Virus record (IMG/VR): IMGVR_UViG_3300019888_000004
Span: 3,023-67,022 of that record
Length of the DNA: 64,000 nucleotides
Reading direction: 5' to 3' (one strand)
Source: a virus
Shown: piece after piece, positions 28,120-38,853 of the stretch
Position numbering within the stretch: the stretch's first letter is position 1
Layout: the number at the start of each line of letters is the position of its first letter
The notes under the pieces: generated by a model
What the model was told of the DNA's origin: nothing
Databases searched by the model: none
Seen by the model: the letters and a program-made list of their open reading frames with translations, nothing else
Program-made: the position numbers and the translations under genes

Positions 28120-29721
28120 CCGGATTTGCCAGAGTTAATCTTGAAATGTACTTGAGACAATCCGACTTTAGCGCCGCGAGCTTGGTGAGCTTGGCCGCCG
28201 CATCAGTGTTCAATCGCGCGGTTTCTTCCACGCGATAACGCGCGGTTTCAATTTTCGCTTCGATCTCGGCGAGCTTTTGCCGGAGGGCGGTTAGTTCCGC
28301 GGATTCTTTTTGCGGGTCGCTCATGGGCGAATTAGTCATAGGGGTCGTTGAAGGTTTCCTCGAAGGCAAACGGCCCGTCGTTCACGGTGTCTTTTGTATC
28401 GCCGTATTTACAGCGGCAGCCGCACGGATGGAAGCAGCACGTCGCACAGCATCGCGGCTCACCGCCGGACACTAGGCCGGTTGCGGGCGCGCCACAGCAG
28501 CACAAGCGAACCGCCGATTGCGTCTCAATTTTCGATTCTTTCATGGAATGTCCTTCTGCATGTTATCCCAGAACTCCAGGCCCGCCGTTGCCAGGCGGCG
28601 CGCCTGAGTTTTCCTTGAGCCGAGCGCGATTTGTTCGAGCAAGTCGCGGTAAAAGGCTTTCTCGCGCTCGATCGTTCGGGCGTCGTCGGCCCAGATCAAC
28701 CCGCAGGCAGGCTCATGTTGAGCTTCGCACAGCGCATCTACAATCGGAGTAGGCGTGGAATCTTGCGTTTTGCACGATTTGGGTTTTGATTTCGGTTTCA
28801 TCTCGTGATGGCTCACGGCAATGGGGCGCCCTGCGCGCTTGGCGGGCGTCGGCGCTGTTGAAGCCCTGTTAAGGCTTGCAGATTGGCGAGGTTATCATCC
28901 GACCATGCGCAAAAGAAATTGGCTTCCCGATCGCCGACGGATTTAGGCGTCAGCCAGCGGGATTGCGCGAGGCATTTGCGGACGAACTTTGGACCAATTA
29001 CGGTCAGGCCAAGTTTGGCAATACCGAACTCCCAAATCTGGCTTCGGTGGCCTTTACCATCCACGAACCAGCCGTCGCTATGAGCACGTAGGCGATAGTT
29101 TGAGGCTAGTCCCAGCAATCTTTCACGGTTTTCCGGGAAGTCACATAGCAGTTCGCCGGTAATGACGTTGTGCCGCCTGATAACTCGTCCTGTGAGCAAT
29201 GCTCCGTTGGTTTGAAGTTTCGTGTTCATTGTTCCTTTTGGTTGATTGTTTCGCCTTGATACGGGTCGTTCCACTCCAGCCTGAGTCTCCACAGTCCAGC
29301 CTCGACAGCCACCATCCCGGCGACGTGCGCGCCCTGCGAGCGCAGTTCCGCGAGCTTGGCTGCCAGTTGAAGGCCAGCTACGTCAACGAAGTCGGGTTTG
29401 AGCAGGTTGGGGAGATTGGCGGGTTGAGAATTCATCGCATCGTTTTCGCCGTCGCCGAAGCGAGGAACTTCGCTTTGACTTCGGCGATGTGCTTGCTGGT
29501 CCGAGTCGTTCCGCTCGATCCGCCCGCTGGGTCGCCGCCTGTGCCCCAGTAGTGAAAATCACCGCAGGCTTTGCAGCGCCAGCGCGCAACGACGAGCGTG
29601 CCGGGAGAATTCGCGGTCTTGAAAGCGTCCATCTCAGCCGGCGTGGCGAAGGCGGGCAAGTTTGCAGCGACACATATTCTCGGGCCGTTGAGCCATCGGG
29701 GCGGATCGAAGGTCGCGCTCA
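28103..29721 (-). other. run of small hypothetical phage genes (28103-28325, 28332-28544, 28541-28816, 28813-29229, 29226-29435, 29432-29721)
   Basis: overlapping stop/start packing on the minus strand. Confidence 0.45.
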
Positions 29722-29846
29722 TGCCGTGTTGCGCTTCGTGCCGCGCGCCGTCAGCCCCCTGGCCGCGAACCTGGCTGCCCGCCGCCGCCACTTGTCGCGG
29801 TTGATCCGGCGCCTGACCAGCGGGCCGACTTTTCGGAGGTTGGTTC

Positions 29847-30410
29847 TCATCGCATCGGGTAAGGTTTTACGGACGAAAGATCAACGACGACTGAGTTTCT
29901 CAACAGCCGGTCGCTGATTCTCACGTCAAATTTCTCCGACCATGATGGCGGCATTATGTTGGTCGTAATCACCGTGAACATCCGTTCCCGCCGCGAAAGG
30001 ATTTGGCACAAGGCATCAGCGCAGACTTTCCAAGGATCGTTCTCGGCGCCAACATCATCCAGGATCAGTAGGCTGCTTTCAAAAGAGTCGGTCATGTAAG
30101 AGCGGTTCTTTTCTGAAAGTTCGCAGGCTAATTCGGGCCACGAAATGTAATCCACGCTTGGCATTTTGTGATTGCCCCAATGTCCTCTTTCAAACGACGT
30201 GAACGCCGACGCTACTCCAAATCGGTGAATCTTCTTGGCGAGATGCGTCTTGCCGGTTCGCACGTCGCCGCAAAGCACGAGTAGGGAATGCTGTGGGGAG
30301 TTCTTAAACCAACGAGCGCAGAACGCTTCGGCAATATCTCCAACCGCTTCCAGTTCGGGCGATTGAGAAACATCCATACCCAGCCACTTCGTTTGCCACT
30401 TGTTCTTCAT
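29847..30410 (-). CDS. DnaC/IstB-like AAA+ helicase loader
   Basis: GDVRTGKT Walker A, LILDDVG Walker B, ITTN, RISDRL. Confidence 0.85.
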   Translation of the reverse strand: MKNKWQTKWLGMDVSQSPELEAVGDIAEAFCARWFKNSPQHSLLVLCGDVRTGKTHLAKKIHRFGVASAFTSFERGHWGNHKMPSVDYISWPELACELSEKNRSYMTDSFESSLLILDDVGAENDPWKVCADALCQILSRRERMFTVITTNIMPPSWSEKFDVRISDRLLRNSVVVDLSSVKPYPMR

Positions 30411-30411
30411 T

Positions 30412-31215
30412 TTACTTGATCTCTCCACGCTCGCGGAGTTCGGCGACGATTCGATCGCTGGTTTGCTTCGCTGTGGAAGGCATTCCAAAGTTGCGAGGGT
30501 TTTCGGCAGTATTTCTCCGAGGGTTTTGAATTCTTGGTCCATTTTGTCCTCCGTATTCCTCCCAGTGTCGTTTCCAGTTCGCGAGCGCAGCGGGCCACAG
30601 TTTCATCGGATTCTTGCCAACTCTCCACCCGTTCGCTTGGTAGTAGTCGTAAAACTTGTCACCCTCTGACTCCGGCAAAGCAATTTCAGCGCATTGGAGT
30701 TTTACGGCTTCAATCGTCGGCTTTGAGAATCCTTTCCCAGAGGGGTTGGGCGGAAGCGCGGCATTTCCTTCTTCCGTTCCTTCCATTCCTTCCATTCCCT
30801 TCCCTCCTTGGGCACCTGACTGACAGGACGATGGCACCCTGCTGGCACCCTGCTGGCACCCAACTGCATCATTCGTAATTTCAGACACTTCCAGCCAATC
30901 CGTGTTTTTTTCTAGGTAATCAAGAGAGACTGTCAGCCAACTGACAGGCGCACGGCACTTGACTGACAGGCTGCTGACAGTGTGTGGCGTTCCGTTGTCT
31001 CGGATAAGCGTACCGCGAGGACTGCATTTTGAGGCGATTTCGACCATCAAGACGAATGCGGCAAAAATCTCGGCGCCGCGCGGGTGCGCCATAATGTTAC
31101 TGAAATTTTCCCCATCGTGTTTGTTTGGCATGGCAACCCAGGAGAGAACCTTGACCGTTCTGGAGCGGTTGTTTTCATAGAGAGCGTCCCAGTTGCGAAT
31201 CTTGTAAAGTTTCAT
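30412..31215 (-). CDS. phage replication initiator (O-like)
   Basis: YKIRNW N-terminus; internal iterons; FSKPT...FYDYYQANGWRVGKNPMKLW C-terminal domain; adjacent to the DnaC-like gene. Confidence 0.8.
   Translation of the reverse strand: MKLYKIRNWDALYENNRSRTVKVLSWVAMPNKHDGENFSNIMAHPRGAEIFAAFVLMVEIASKCSPRGTLIRDNGTPHTVSSLSVKCRAPVSWLTVSLDYLEKNTDWLEVSEITNDAVGCQQGASRVPSSCQSGAQGGKGMEGMEGTEEGNAALPPNPSGKGFSKPTIEAVKLQCAEIALPESEGDKFYDYYQANGWRVGKNPMKLWPAALANWKRHWEEYGGQNGPRIQNPRRNTAENPRNFGMPSTAKQTSDRIVAELRERGEIK
30768..30862 (-). repeat. intragenic iterons / probable origin
   Basis: GGCACC at 30811, 30833, 30844 and 30855 (11-bp phase) next to a CCTTCCATT purine-asymmetric tract. Confidence 0.65.
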
Positions 31216-31428
31216 GTGGGGATGTCGTCGTCGCTGACGCAATCGAACTCGGACTTGCAAGTCGGGCAGAAGAAATGCGCTGTGTGAAGTTCGGCATGTT
31301 CCCACTCGTAACCGAATCCAGCTTCTTGAACGGCGCGGCGCATCATTTCTTGAAACGTCCGCGCCTTCGGCCCTTCCCTGCCGCACTTTTCGCAGACAAG
31401 GCAATCTCCAACTGGTGATAATTTCATG
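31212..31428 (-). CDS. Zn-finger protein
   Basis: CEKCG...CPTC. Confidence 0.55.
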
Positions 31429-31439
31429 CGGCAAAACAA

Positions 31440-31630
31440 TTACCCCGTTGCGGAGTCCGGCCCGGAATGGGTAGTAAGGGTCAGCGTTTCCGCTGAACTT
31501 AACTGTTCCGAACCCCGCAACGGGGCATTGCTCAAACATAACCTTCTACCCGTTAGAGCCAGTTTCCGGGGCTGGCTTGTCAGTATTTCTACCGACGACC
31601 GATTGAATCATCGGCGGGAATTATCCGCAA
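31440..31630 (-). ncRNA. promoter plus A-B-A'-B' leader, copy 3
   Basis: TTGCGG-N17-TTCAAT; GGGTAGAAGG/CCTTACTACCC; CCCCGTTGCGGGGTTCGG/CCGGACTCCGCAACGGGG. Confidence 0.6.
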
Positions 31631-32244
31631 GAAAATAATTCAGCTTTTTCTTTTCTGCTTCCACCAAACCGGAAAGGTGGTGTTAGGAGCCTTTCCACGC
31701 CAGCGTAATTGCAGAAGGTTTTGAATTGATCGCGACTGATTCCGAGGCTTGTAATATCTTCAAACGAAAGAGATTTTCTTCCAGCGCACATATCTAAAAA
31801 CGCCTTGAAGACAGCGGATTCAAAGACGCGCATCTTGCCATGACATCTCAAGCAGAGAGGCACAGTCTCGTCCTTTGAATAATCTTCATGGTGGCCGTGC
31901 AGTGACTTCGAGCGACGACCACAAGCTGAACACACATCCGTTCGCGGCTTCTTGGCTATCAACTGCTGTGCTCTTTGGTGGGAAAAGCCAAACTCGTCTC
32001 CGATTTCAGAATAGCTCTTGCCCTGAATTTTAAGGAGGCGAATGAGTGCTATCCTTTTTATTGTTTGTGGCCGATGGCCTTTCGGAGCGCCGGGCTTAAA
32101 ACACGGAAATCCAAGCCGCTTCCTAACCTTAGAAATCTCGTGATGGTTGGTTCCTAAAGCCGCAATGATAGCCACTGGAGGCTTTCCAACTTTGAGTAAT
32201 TCTTCGATTTTGAGAATCGTTGGTGATATTGAGTTGTCAGGCAT
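31621..32244 (-). CDS. HTH plus HNH-like protein
   Basis: GKSYSEIGDEFGFSHQRAQQ; CSACG...HGHHEDYSK...LCLRCH. Confidence 0.7.
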   Translation of the reverse strand: MPDNSISPTILKIEELLKVGKPPVAIIAALGTNHHEISKVRKRLGFPCFKPGAPKGHRPQTIKRIALIRLLKIQGKSYSEIGDEFGFSHQRAQQLIAKKPRTDVCSACGRRSKSLHGHHEDYSKDETVPLCLRCHGKMRVFESAVFKAFLDMCAGRKSLSFEDITSLGISRDQFKTFCNYAGVERLLTPPFRFGGSRKEKAELFSCG

Positions 32245-32367
32245 AAACGGATCATCGTTTGTGTTTAGTGGTGGGTGTCCGGCCATCAACCGGCGCCCGC
32301 TACGACTTTCGAGATTCCTCCGCGTTGTCGCAAGAAAAATCTGCGGATTTCGTTTCCGTCAAGGTTT

Positions 32368-32607
32368 TCATGCCCATAGCGACTCATAAAATTTGGCGCG
32401 TTCTTGTTCGAGCCTGGCGAGCGCCTCAGTCTCATTCCTGCCAATTCCGATGATCTCACCCCCGTCAACTTCAGCGCCGAAGATCGTATGAATTCGCTCC
32501 TTGGCGACAAAGTATCTGCCTGTGCGAGAATTCGGATTGATAACTTCTTCAACGGTTGGTTGGCTGGTCGTCAGTCCGGGTGATTTGGATTCGTGAATTT
32601 GAATCAT
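32368..32607 (-). CDS. hypothetical protein
   Basis: ORF in operon. Confidence 0.45.
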   Translation of the reverse strand: MIQIHESKSPGLTTSQPTVEEVINPNSRTGRYFVAKERIHTIFGAEVDGGEIIGIGRNETEALARLEQERAKFYESLWA

Positions 32608-33035
32608 CTCTGGATTTTTTGTTGCACGATCCCGTCCTCAGTCCGATAGTTCCTTGCCCGCGCAATGCGGGTTGTTGGTTTCAACAGGTTATCCGGCGGC
32701 GGAGTCGTCGCCGGTTTTTGTTGCAACACCAAGGGCAGCCAATAAACCAAAGAAGTCAGCATTTCGATCTCGTAGTTTATAGTCCGATTCCTCGCTCGGT
32801 TAAGCCTCTGCCGCTCGCGCTGACCCGCTCGCTTTCTTCGACTCATACAATAGCCCGCGTCGTGGATGTCGTGGGCTGGGTCGGTTGATACGCCGAACCA
32901 GCGTCTTTGCGCCAGAGGTGGTCGGTTGATTGGATTTCATTTCACCTTTTTGAGCGCATTGCGCCTGACTCCACAGAGCGCCATTCAGCTTGCCCAAGTT
33001 CCGGTTTTGGTTCTTATATCGCATGTCGGCTTGCA

Positions 33036-33215
33036 TCATGTGGCCTTCGTTATTGAAAGCCGCTTGCCGTTTGGGTGGGTTTTCTTCCAGTCCATCAATT
33101 CGGCTATGGTTGTCGCAGGCGTGCAAACGTGCGTTTCGACCCACATGTCGCCCACGGTTTCGTTGCCGTCGCTGCATTCGAGCACGGCCACGTAATCGGA
33201 TTCGTCGGATTCCAT
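33036..33215 (-). CDS. hypothetical protein, probably leaderless
   Basis: TTGCCC-N17-TTTAAT immediately before ATG. Confidence 0.5.
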   Translation of the reverse strand: MESDESDYVAVLECSDGNETVGDMWVETHVCTPATTIAELMDWKKTHPNGKRLSITKAT

Positions 33216-33221
33216 TTCGCA

Positions 33222-33290
33222 ATTAAACCACGGGCGGATTGGCGGGGCAAGAAAAAAGTTGTTGACATTATTCGGCAACACGGCATGATG
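33222..33290. promoter_or_regulatory. divergent back-to-back promoters
   Basis: minus strand TTGCCC-N17-TTTAAT; plus strand TTGACA at 33262 then CATGAT; gene orientation switches here. Confidence 0.55.
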
Positions 33291-33297
33291 CTTGGAA

Positions 33298-33504
33298 ATG
33301 CCAACATCAACCAAGCCAAAAAAACTCAGCACGCTTGCCATCGCCGCGAAGCTCAAGGCCGAGAAAACCTTCTGGGTCGGCACGGATCGAGAACGCAGGG
33401 ACGTGCTCGCAGTCGCGCGCTACCTCGACCTCGGCGTGAAGATTACAACCCGGGCCTGTGTTGGCTCCGAGGGCTTCAACGTCTATTTCATCAATTCAAA
33501 ATGA
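33298..33504 (+). CDS. small DNA-binding-like protein
   Basis: leaderless after the TTGACA promoter. Confidence 0.45.
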   Translation: MPTSTKPKKLSTLAIAAKLKAEKTFWVGTDRERRDVLAVARYLDLGVKITTRACVGSEGFNVYFINSK

Positions 33505-33866
33505 ACACCCAACTCCTCCGCCGCATCCAGCGGCAGATTCTCAAAGAGCCGGAGCAGTTCCAGATGCGGACCTGGTTCACCAGCTGGTCCTACTCAACAA
33601 TCCCAAACTGCGGCACGGCGGCCTGCATTGGCGGCTGGGCTGTAAGTCTGAAACATGGACGAACTCCAAGAGATGAGCGCATGGCAATTCCCAAAGGTGG
33701 CGTATTTGAGGCCGCGCGCAGAGCCGTCGGGCTTACCACAAAACAAGCGCACCTGCTGTTCATTCCCATCAACTGGCCAGCGCGGTTTAAGCGATTCCAC
33801 CACGACAACCCAAAACAAGCCGTGGCGAGAATTTCACATTTCATCAAAACGAAAGGCGAAGATTGA
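33501..33866 (+). CDS. hypothetical phage protein (CGTAACIGGWA family)
   Basis: FQMRTW...CGTAACIGGWA motif. Confidence 0.65.
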   Translation: MNTQLLRRIQRQILKEPEQFQMRTWFTSWSYSTIPNCGTAACIGGWAVSLKHGRTPRDERMAIPKGGVFEAARRAVGLTTKQAHLLFIPINWPARFKRFHHDNPKQAVARISHFIKTKGED

Positions 33867-34258
33867 GCGATCCAATTCAAATCAGCGACGCTGCGCGCGA
33901 AGCGGCTCTCGACATGGACGGCGGGGTGAGTTGGAGGGCCGAAAGAATTCAGAAGGCAATAGATGCCGCGACCTCCGAGTTACAGAAGGAAATCAATCGC
34001 AATAAGCGTTCTGTAAACTGGGCCGACGATACACGCATCGCACTGTCAAAAGAACTCGGCTGCGCGGCGATGGCCTCTGAAGTTGTCCTGCAAGTCAAAA
34101 AACTGCGCGTCGAGAACAACAGGTTGCGCGAAGCCTTGAAATGTCTGGCGCTATCACACACGCCGGAATGGTGGCTGAGTGGAGCGCCAGAACAGATCGC
34201 CGAGAATGCCCTCGCGCAAAAACCGGAGGAAAAACCATGCGAAACGAAACCAGCTTAG
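33863..34258 (+). CDS. hypothetical coiled-coil protein
   Basis: ENNRLREALK pattern. Confidence 0.5.
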   Translation: MSDPIQISDAAREAALDMDGGVSWRAERIQKAIDAATSELQKEINRNKRSVNWADDTRIALSKELGCAAMASEVVLQVKKLRVENNRLREALKCLALSHTPEWWLSGAPEQIAENALAQKPEEKPCETKPA

Positions 34259-34539
34259 GCGGATCACCGGCGGCGACGCCACAACCCAAACCATCGCGCA
34301 AGCGCCGGCCCGCGCTGCCGTTCCCGAAACGCGCCGAAGAACCGGAGGCAGCATGATAGTCATAGACGGAATCGAAATGGACGATGGCGTGGACGAGCCG
34401 GACGCAGGACACGAGGACAGCGATGATGATGCCTGCGCTACGTGCGGCGGTGACGGAGTGAACGCGCAAACCCAAATTCTAACCCCGCGCGGTTACGACG
34501 AAACTCACGCCGAGTGCCTTGAGCGAGTTGAGAAATGAC

Positions 34540-34686
34540 TTGCACCGCAAAACGAATCAGGCCATCATCCGAACGGCCTTAGAACGGCTGAAAAAGCAGA
34601 TGCAAAACGATACTCTCCAGCGCCCTTCACGGTTGCCGCAAATCTGCGCGGGTTCTACTTCACGGTCGGGTGCTGGTTTTGCGTTT
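34540..34686 (+). ncRNA. promoter plus A-B-A'-B' leader, copy 4 (weaker)
   Basis: TTGCAC-N17-CATCAT; GCAGAT/ATCTGC; CCAGCGCCC/GGGTGCTGG. Confidence 0.45.
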
Positions 34687-35313
34687 ATGGGGAAACTTCA
34701 AGACCTAACAGGGAAAACCTTTTCACGATTGTTTGTTGTCGGACTCGCCGGCAGAAACAACAGCGGAACGCACCTATGGGAATGTTTGTGTCAATGCGGG
34801 GCTACAACCTCCGCCACACGAGGCAACCTCAAAAACGGGCACACCAAATCTTGCGGTTGTTTAAGGATGGATGTCTCGTTTCAAATCAACCTTAAGCATG
34901 GGCACGCACACAAAGGAGAGAGAACACCAACCTATCGAAGTTGGGACGCAATGAAAGACAGGTGTTTGCGCCAAGAATGCGAAGCTTTCAAGCATTACGG
35001 CGGGCGCGGGATAAAAATTTGCGAGCGGTGGCTTCATTCGTTTGAAAACTTTCTGGCCGACATGGGGGAGTGTCCTCCCGGACTTACGATAGACCGCAAG
35101 AACAACGACGGCAATTACGAGCCTGATAATTGCCGATGGGCCGACAGAAAAACCCAAGCCAATAATAATCGCCGCAATCGAATCATGGAATTCAACGGAG
35201 AGCGATTAACAGCTTCACAGTGGGCGGACAAACTTGGGATTAGATCACGCACAATCCTTGAGAGAATTAACAATGGCTGGGGCATTGAAAAAACGCTCAC
35301 AACACCAATATAA
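34687..35313 (+). CDS. HNH homing endonuclease
   Basis: DLTGKTFSRL...KSCGC...YGGRGI...IDRKNNDGNYEPDNCRWA. Confidence 0.9.
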   Translation: MGKLQDLTGKTFSRLFVVGLAGRNNSGTHLWECLCQCGATTSATRGNLKNGHTKSCGCLRMDVSFQINLKHGHAHKGERTPTYRSWDAMKDRCLRQECEAFKHYGGRGIKICERWLHSFENFLADMGECPPGLTIDRKNNDGNYEPDNCRWADRKTQANNNRRNRIMEFNGERLTASQWADKLGIRSRTILERINNGWGIEKTLTTPI

Positions 35314-35546
35314 AAACGACATTGCGCTTCCTGATACCCATGTTAATTGACGAGACTTTTGATGAATGCCTGAATCGCCAGACGAGAGAGAGCCGCTTCG
35401 CACTCAAGCCGAAACCCGTCCAGCACGATTGGCATGTTCGCATGTGGGCGGTTGAAATGTTTGAACTCATCGAAACGCTCGCGTGGCAGAGGCGACAAGC
35501 CCGCGCAAACTTTGAATAATGGAAAACCAAAAACCCAAGGAAACTC

Positions 35547-36155
35547 ATGCCTACCTTTGAGAGATGCGATAAATCCGTTGAATCTCTGGCCCGCGAGTTA
35601 ATCGGAAAATACGACACCAACAAGCCGTTGGACCAGATTGGTGTGAAGATTGACTACGTGTTCGCCTACGCGGATTTAGACGATAAGGACCGACCGATCA
35701 ACGATGCACTGACAAATAACGGAATCAAGGCGCTGGGCATCACGCGCAAGATTCCGCTCAAAGACCGCGCTCTTGGACGAGGCGATGCCGAAATTGCGCT
35801 GGACGGCGACTGGTGGAAGGTGGCCACAGACGACCAACAGGCGGCGCTGCTCGACCACGAACTTCACCACATCGAAATCAAATCGGACAAGCACGGCAAC
35901 GTCCAGTATGACGACCTTAACAGGCCGCAGTTGAGGCTGAGGAAGCACGATCAGGAATTTGGGTGGTTCAACTGCATCGCTGAACGCCACGGCGCCGCGA
36001 GCCAGGAACGGATTCAAGCCAAGTCAATCATGGATTTCTCCGGTCAATTCTACTGGCCCGGCATCGCGCCAACGATTGAGTTGTCCAGTGGTGGAAAAAG
36101 CACAGGACTAATCCCTCTCGGCGCATTCGCAAAGGCCGCAGCCAAGAAAATTTGA
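35547..36155 (+). CDS. putative phage metallopeptidase
   Basis: ALLDHELHH (HExxH), LRKHD.EFG. Confidence 0.75.
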   Translation: MPTFERCDKSVESLARELIGKYDTNKPLDQIGVKIDYVFAYADLDDKDRPINDALTNNGIKALGITRKIPLKDRALGRGDAEIALDGDWWKVATDDQQAALLDHELHHIEIKSDKHGNVQYDDLNRPQLRLRKHDQEFGWFNCIAERHGAASQERIQAKSIMDFSGQFYWPGIAPTIELSSGGKSTGLIPLGAFAKAAAKKI

Positions 36156-36519
36156 ACGCTATGACCGACGAACAATTCTCCCAACTCAAAGCGGACGAGG
36201 AAGCCGCTTACGCTGCGTATGACGAGCAGTTAAACGCAACCAATCCGCTGGGGGCACAATGGCTGCTGCTTAAACAGAAACTCGACCGCGAGAACATGCG
36301 CCGGGAAATTCTGGCCGAGGAAGCGGCGGCGCTGAAATCCATCCCTGACCACGAACTCGCATGAAGCGCGACCTCCGCAGCCCTCTCGCCAAGGCCCGCG
36401 ACGAATGGCTGGCGAGCGAGGAAGGGAGACCAGTCGCCGTCCCATACCTCCAAAACCGGCTCACGATGGCCTTTCTTTGCCGGGGCGCAGTGGGCGACGA
36501 AACAACTCAAAGAAAATGT

Positions 36520-36547
36520 TTGACGAACCTAAACGCTTAGGTATTCT
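36520..36547 (+). promoter_or_regulatory. promoter with palindromic operator
   Basis: TTGACG-N16-TATTCT; ACCTAA-ACGC-TTAGGT in the spacer. Confidence 0.65.
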
Positions 36548-36550
36548 CGG

Positions 36551-36688
36551 ATGAATGCTAAAAACAAACACGCAGTTGCTCTTGGTAGGATTGGCGGCAA
36601 AGCTAAGACGAGGGCCAAAACCAAAGCGGTCAGAGCCAACGGTCGTCTGGGTGGACGGCCAAGAGTGTATCGGCGTACCGCTGACTAA
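36551..36688 (+). CDS. 45-aa basic GxxGG peptide (MNAKNKHAVALGRIGG...ANGRLGGRPR)
   Basis: translated by hand; overlaps the HNH N-terminus in another frame. Confidence 0.65.
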   Translation: MNAKNKHAVALGRIGGKAKTRAKTKAVRANGRLGGRPRVYRRTAD

Positions 36689-37175
36689 AGGTATGGTTGC
36701 GATAGTTGATAAAGAGGACGCGCCTCGCGTGCTGGAATACTTCTGGGTTGCCAAGAAGCACGGCTCTGAGCCAAACGTGATTTGGTATGCCGAACGGCGC
36801 ATCAGGACTGATGAGCCAAATTTTGGAAAGCGTCAGCTTGTAAAGCTTCACCAGTTCATACTTCCAGGCCAACGGGAAATAGATCATCACAACAGTGATG
36901 GGCTTGATTGCCGAAAATGCAATCTTCGGCCTGCGAGCCATTCTCAAAATGCAGGCAACACTCGTATCGCATCAAGTTCTAAAACAGGATTCAAAGGAGT
37001 CAGTTTCAGGCCCGCAAAAGGAAATCGAAGAAGCCGATGGATTGCCCGCATAAACGGAAATGGAATCCGAAAACAGTTGGGATCATTTCAGAGTCCGGTT
37101 GAGGCCGCCAAAGCATATAATGTCGCCGCGCTGGAAAGGTGGGGAGAATTTGCCCGGTTAAACACAATCCCATAA
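36555..37175 (+). CDS. HNH-AP2 homing endonuclease
   Basis: PLTKGMVAIVD...IDHHNSDGLDCRKCNLR...GFKGV...WIARI...EAAKAYN...GEFARLN. Confidence 0.9.
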   Translation: MLKTNTQLLLVGLAAKLRRGPKPKRSEPTVVWVDGQECIGVPLTKGMVAIVDKEDAPRVLEYFWVAKKHGSEPNVIWYAERRIRTDEPNFGKRQLVKLHQFILPGQREIDHHNSDGLDCRKCNLRPASHSQNAGNTRIASSSKTGFKGVSFRPAKGNRRSRWIARINGNGIRKQLGSFQSPVEAAKAYNVAALERWGEFARLNTIP

Positions 37176-37200
37176 ACAACAAAACAAAAGGTAAAATCCG

Positions 37201-37623
37201 ATGCACATTTCACAATTGAAACAGTCCAAATTTTTAACTCGTGCCGACGTGGGGAAAGGGGTGCTTGCAACTATCAGAACAATTCATCAACAGGACGTAA
37301 GTAAGGAAGGCGCGCCCGAGGAACTTCGCTGGTGCATCACCTTTGATGAATACGAAAAGCCGATGGTGCTCAACTCGACCAACGGCCAACTGATAGCCCA
37401 AATCACCAAGAGCGAGGACACGGATGCGTGGGCCGGCCAAAAGATTGTGCTCTACGATGATCCAAGTGTGTCCTTTGGGGGCAAGTTGGTCGGAGGAATC
37501 CGGGTCCGGGCTCCGCGCAATCAACCCGCCAAGCCAGCACCGGCGCCGGCATCGGCTCCGGCAAGGCCAGCGCCAGTGCAGCAACCGGAGGCTGGAGATC
37601 CGGATGGCGAGATCCCTTTTTGA
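37201..37623 (+). CDS. putative ssDNA-binding protein
   Basis: SKFL...LNSTN...W.G.KI.LY...GGIRVR; acidic EIPF tail. Confidence 0.65.
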   Translation: MHISQLKQSKFLTRADVGKGVLATIRTIHQQDVSKEGAPEELRWCITFDEYEKPMVLNSTNGQLIAQITKSEDTDAWAGQKIVLYDDPSVSFGGKLVGGIRVRAPRNQPAKPAPAPASAPARPAPVQQPEAGDPDGEIPF

Positions 37624-37793
37624 GTGAAACTAAGGAAGCGCGGCTTTGTGTCGGGTGCGGCCAGTTCAGAAAATTGCTCTGGTCAAACAAGCACAAGGAG
37701 TTCACATGCTTCCAATGTTTCCTCAAGCCAAAGTTGTTTTGAAGCCAATCGTCCTTAACACAATTCTGGGGCGGGCTGCCACGAGAAACGATG

Positions 37794-37940
37794 TTGACGG
37801 AATCCGGACTGTGAATATGATTCTGGCGTGCAACAGAACGTCAAATCTTCCTGCCGCTTCGGAACGGCTTACGCCTACACTCCGCTTTTTGCGGGACTGT
37901 TGCACACCGGGGCGGCGGGAACTTCAAAATGGTGCAACAG
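37794..37940 (+). ncRNA. promoter plus A-B-A'-B'-A leader, copy 5
   Basis: TTGACG-N16-TATGAT; GTGCAACAG (37828) / CTGTTGCAC (37897) / GTGCAACAG (37932); TTCCTGCCGCTTCGG/CCGGGGCGGCGGGAA. Confidence 0.7.
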
Positions 37941-38461
37941 TGAAAAAAATAGGAAGCAATCGGATTGGGATTATTTGTCCGCATTGTCATAAGAGCATAA
38001 CCCACTTCGTTTCCACCCACGGGAAATACAACACCCCGGAGTACCGAAGCTGGTTCGGGATGAAGTCCAGATGCCTTAACCCGAGAAATTACGGGTTCCG
38101 AAATTACGGCGGCAGAGGGATAACGGTCTGTAAAAAATGGATGGAGTTTGAGGGATTCATCGAGGACATGGGGTTAAAACCTTCTCCTGAATACAGCCTC
38201 GAAAGAATTGACAACAACGGCAATTATGAGGCTTCCAATTGTCGTTGGAGCAACAGGCAGGACCAAAACAACAACAGGAGAACAACCAGATTATTGTCCC
38301 ATGAAGGACAAACAAAAACACTGAGTCAATGGGCTGAACATATTGGAATTCACCAGTCTGGTTTGAGCAGAAGGTTGAATCAATTGGGATGGCCGTTGGC
38401 GCAGGCTCTTACAACTCCACCAAATTACGGAAACAGGCACCGCAATGGCAAAACCCATTGA
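37940..38461 (+). CDS. HNH homing endonuclease
   Basis: THG...EYRSW..MKSRC...YGGRGI...LERIDNNGNYEASNCRW. Confidence 0.9.
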   Translation: MKKIGSNRIGIICPHCHKSITHFVSTHGKYNTPEYRSWFGMKSRCLNPRNYGFRNYGGRGITVCKKWMEFEGFIEDMGLKPSPEYSLERIDNNGNYEASNCRWSNRQDQNNNRRTTRLLSHEGQTKTLSQWAEHIGIHQSGLSRRLNQLGWPLAQALTTPPNYGNRHRNGKTH

Positions 38462-38816
38462 ATTACATGCGGTGCTTGGTCGCGCGGCCACCAAATCCGA
38501 CGGCACCCTTTCGCTTATTTTCAGCACCGGCGAATTCAGTGCTGAAGAAATGGCCGTCTTGTTCAAGCTCCTTCGGATAAATCTTCTTCTCAGGCTGACT
38601 CCGCTCGGAGAATCACTTGAGCCGCCCGTGGAGGTAAAGACCGATATTCAGACCAAAACTCCATCTGCGCGGCTTCGCGGTGTGCTGTTTGTGCTCTACA
38701 AGCAGTTGGACGGGCAAGAATTAGTTAAGGGCAAATCCTTTGAATTATTTTACTCAGAACAAATGAACCGGGTTATTGACGATTTCAAAGCGCAACTGGA
38801 ACCAGAACAAGCATGA
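38445..38816 (+). CDS. conserved phage protein (recombination-module associated)
   Basis: KTPSARLRGVLFVLYKQ motif. Confidence 0.55.
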   Translation: MAKPIELHAVLGRAATKSDGTLSLIFSTGEFSAEEMAVLFKLLRINLLLRLTPLGESLEPPVEVKTDIQTKTPSARLRGVLFVLYKQLDGQELVKGKSFELFYSEQMNRVIDDFKAQLEPEQA

Positions 38817-38822
38817 TTTGAA

Positions 38823-38851
38823 TTGACACACGCAAGCCGCTTGCGCATAAT
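38823..38851 (+). promoter_or_regulatory. promoter with palindromic operator
   Basis: TTGACA-N17-CATAAT; CGCAAGC-C-GCTTGCG in the spacer. Confidence 0.75.
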
Positions 38852-38853
38852 CC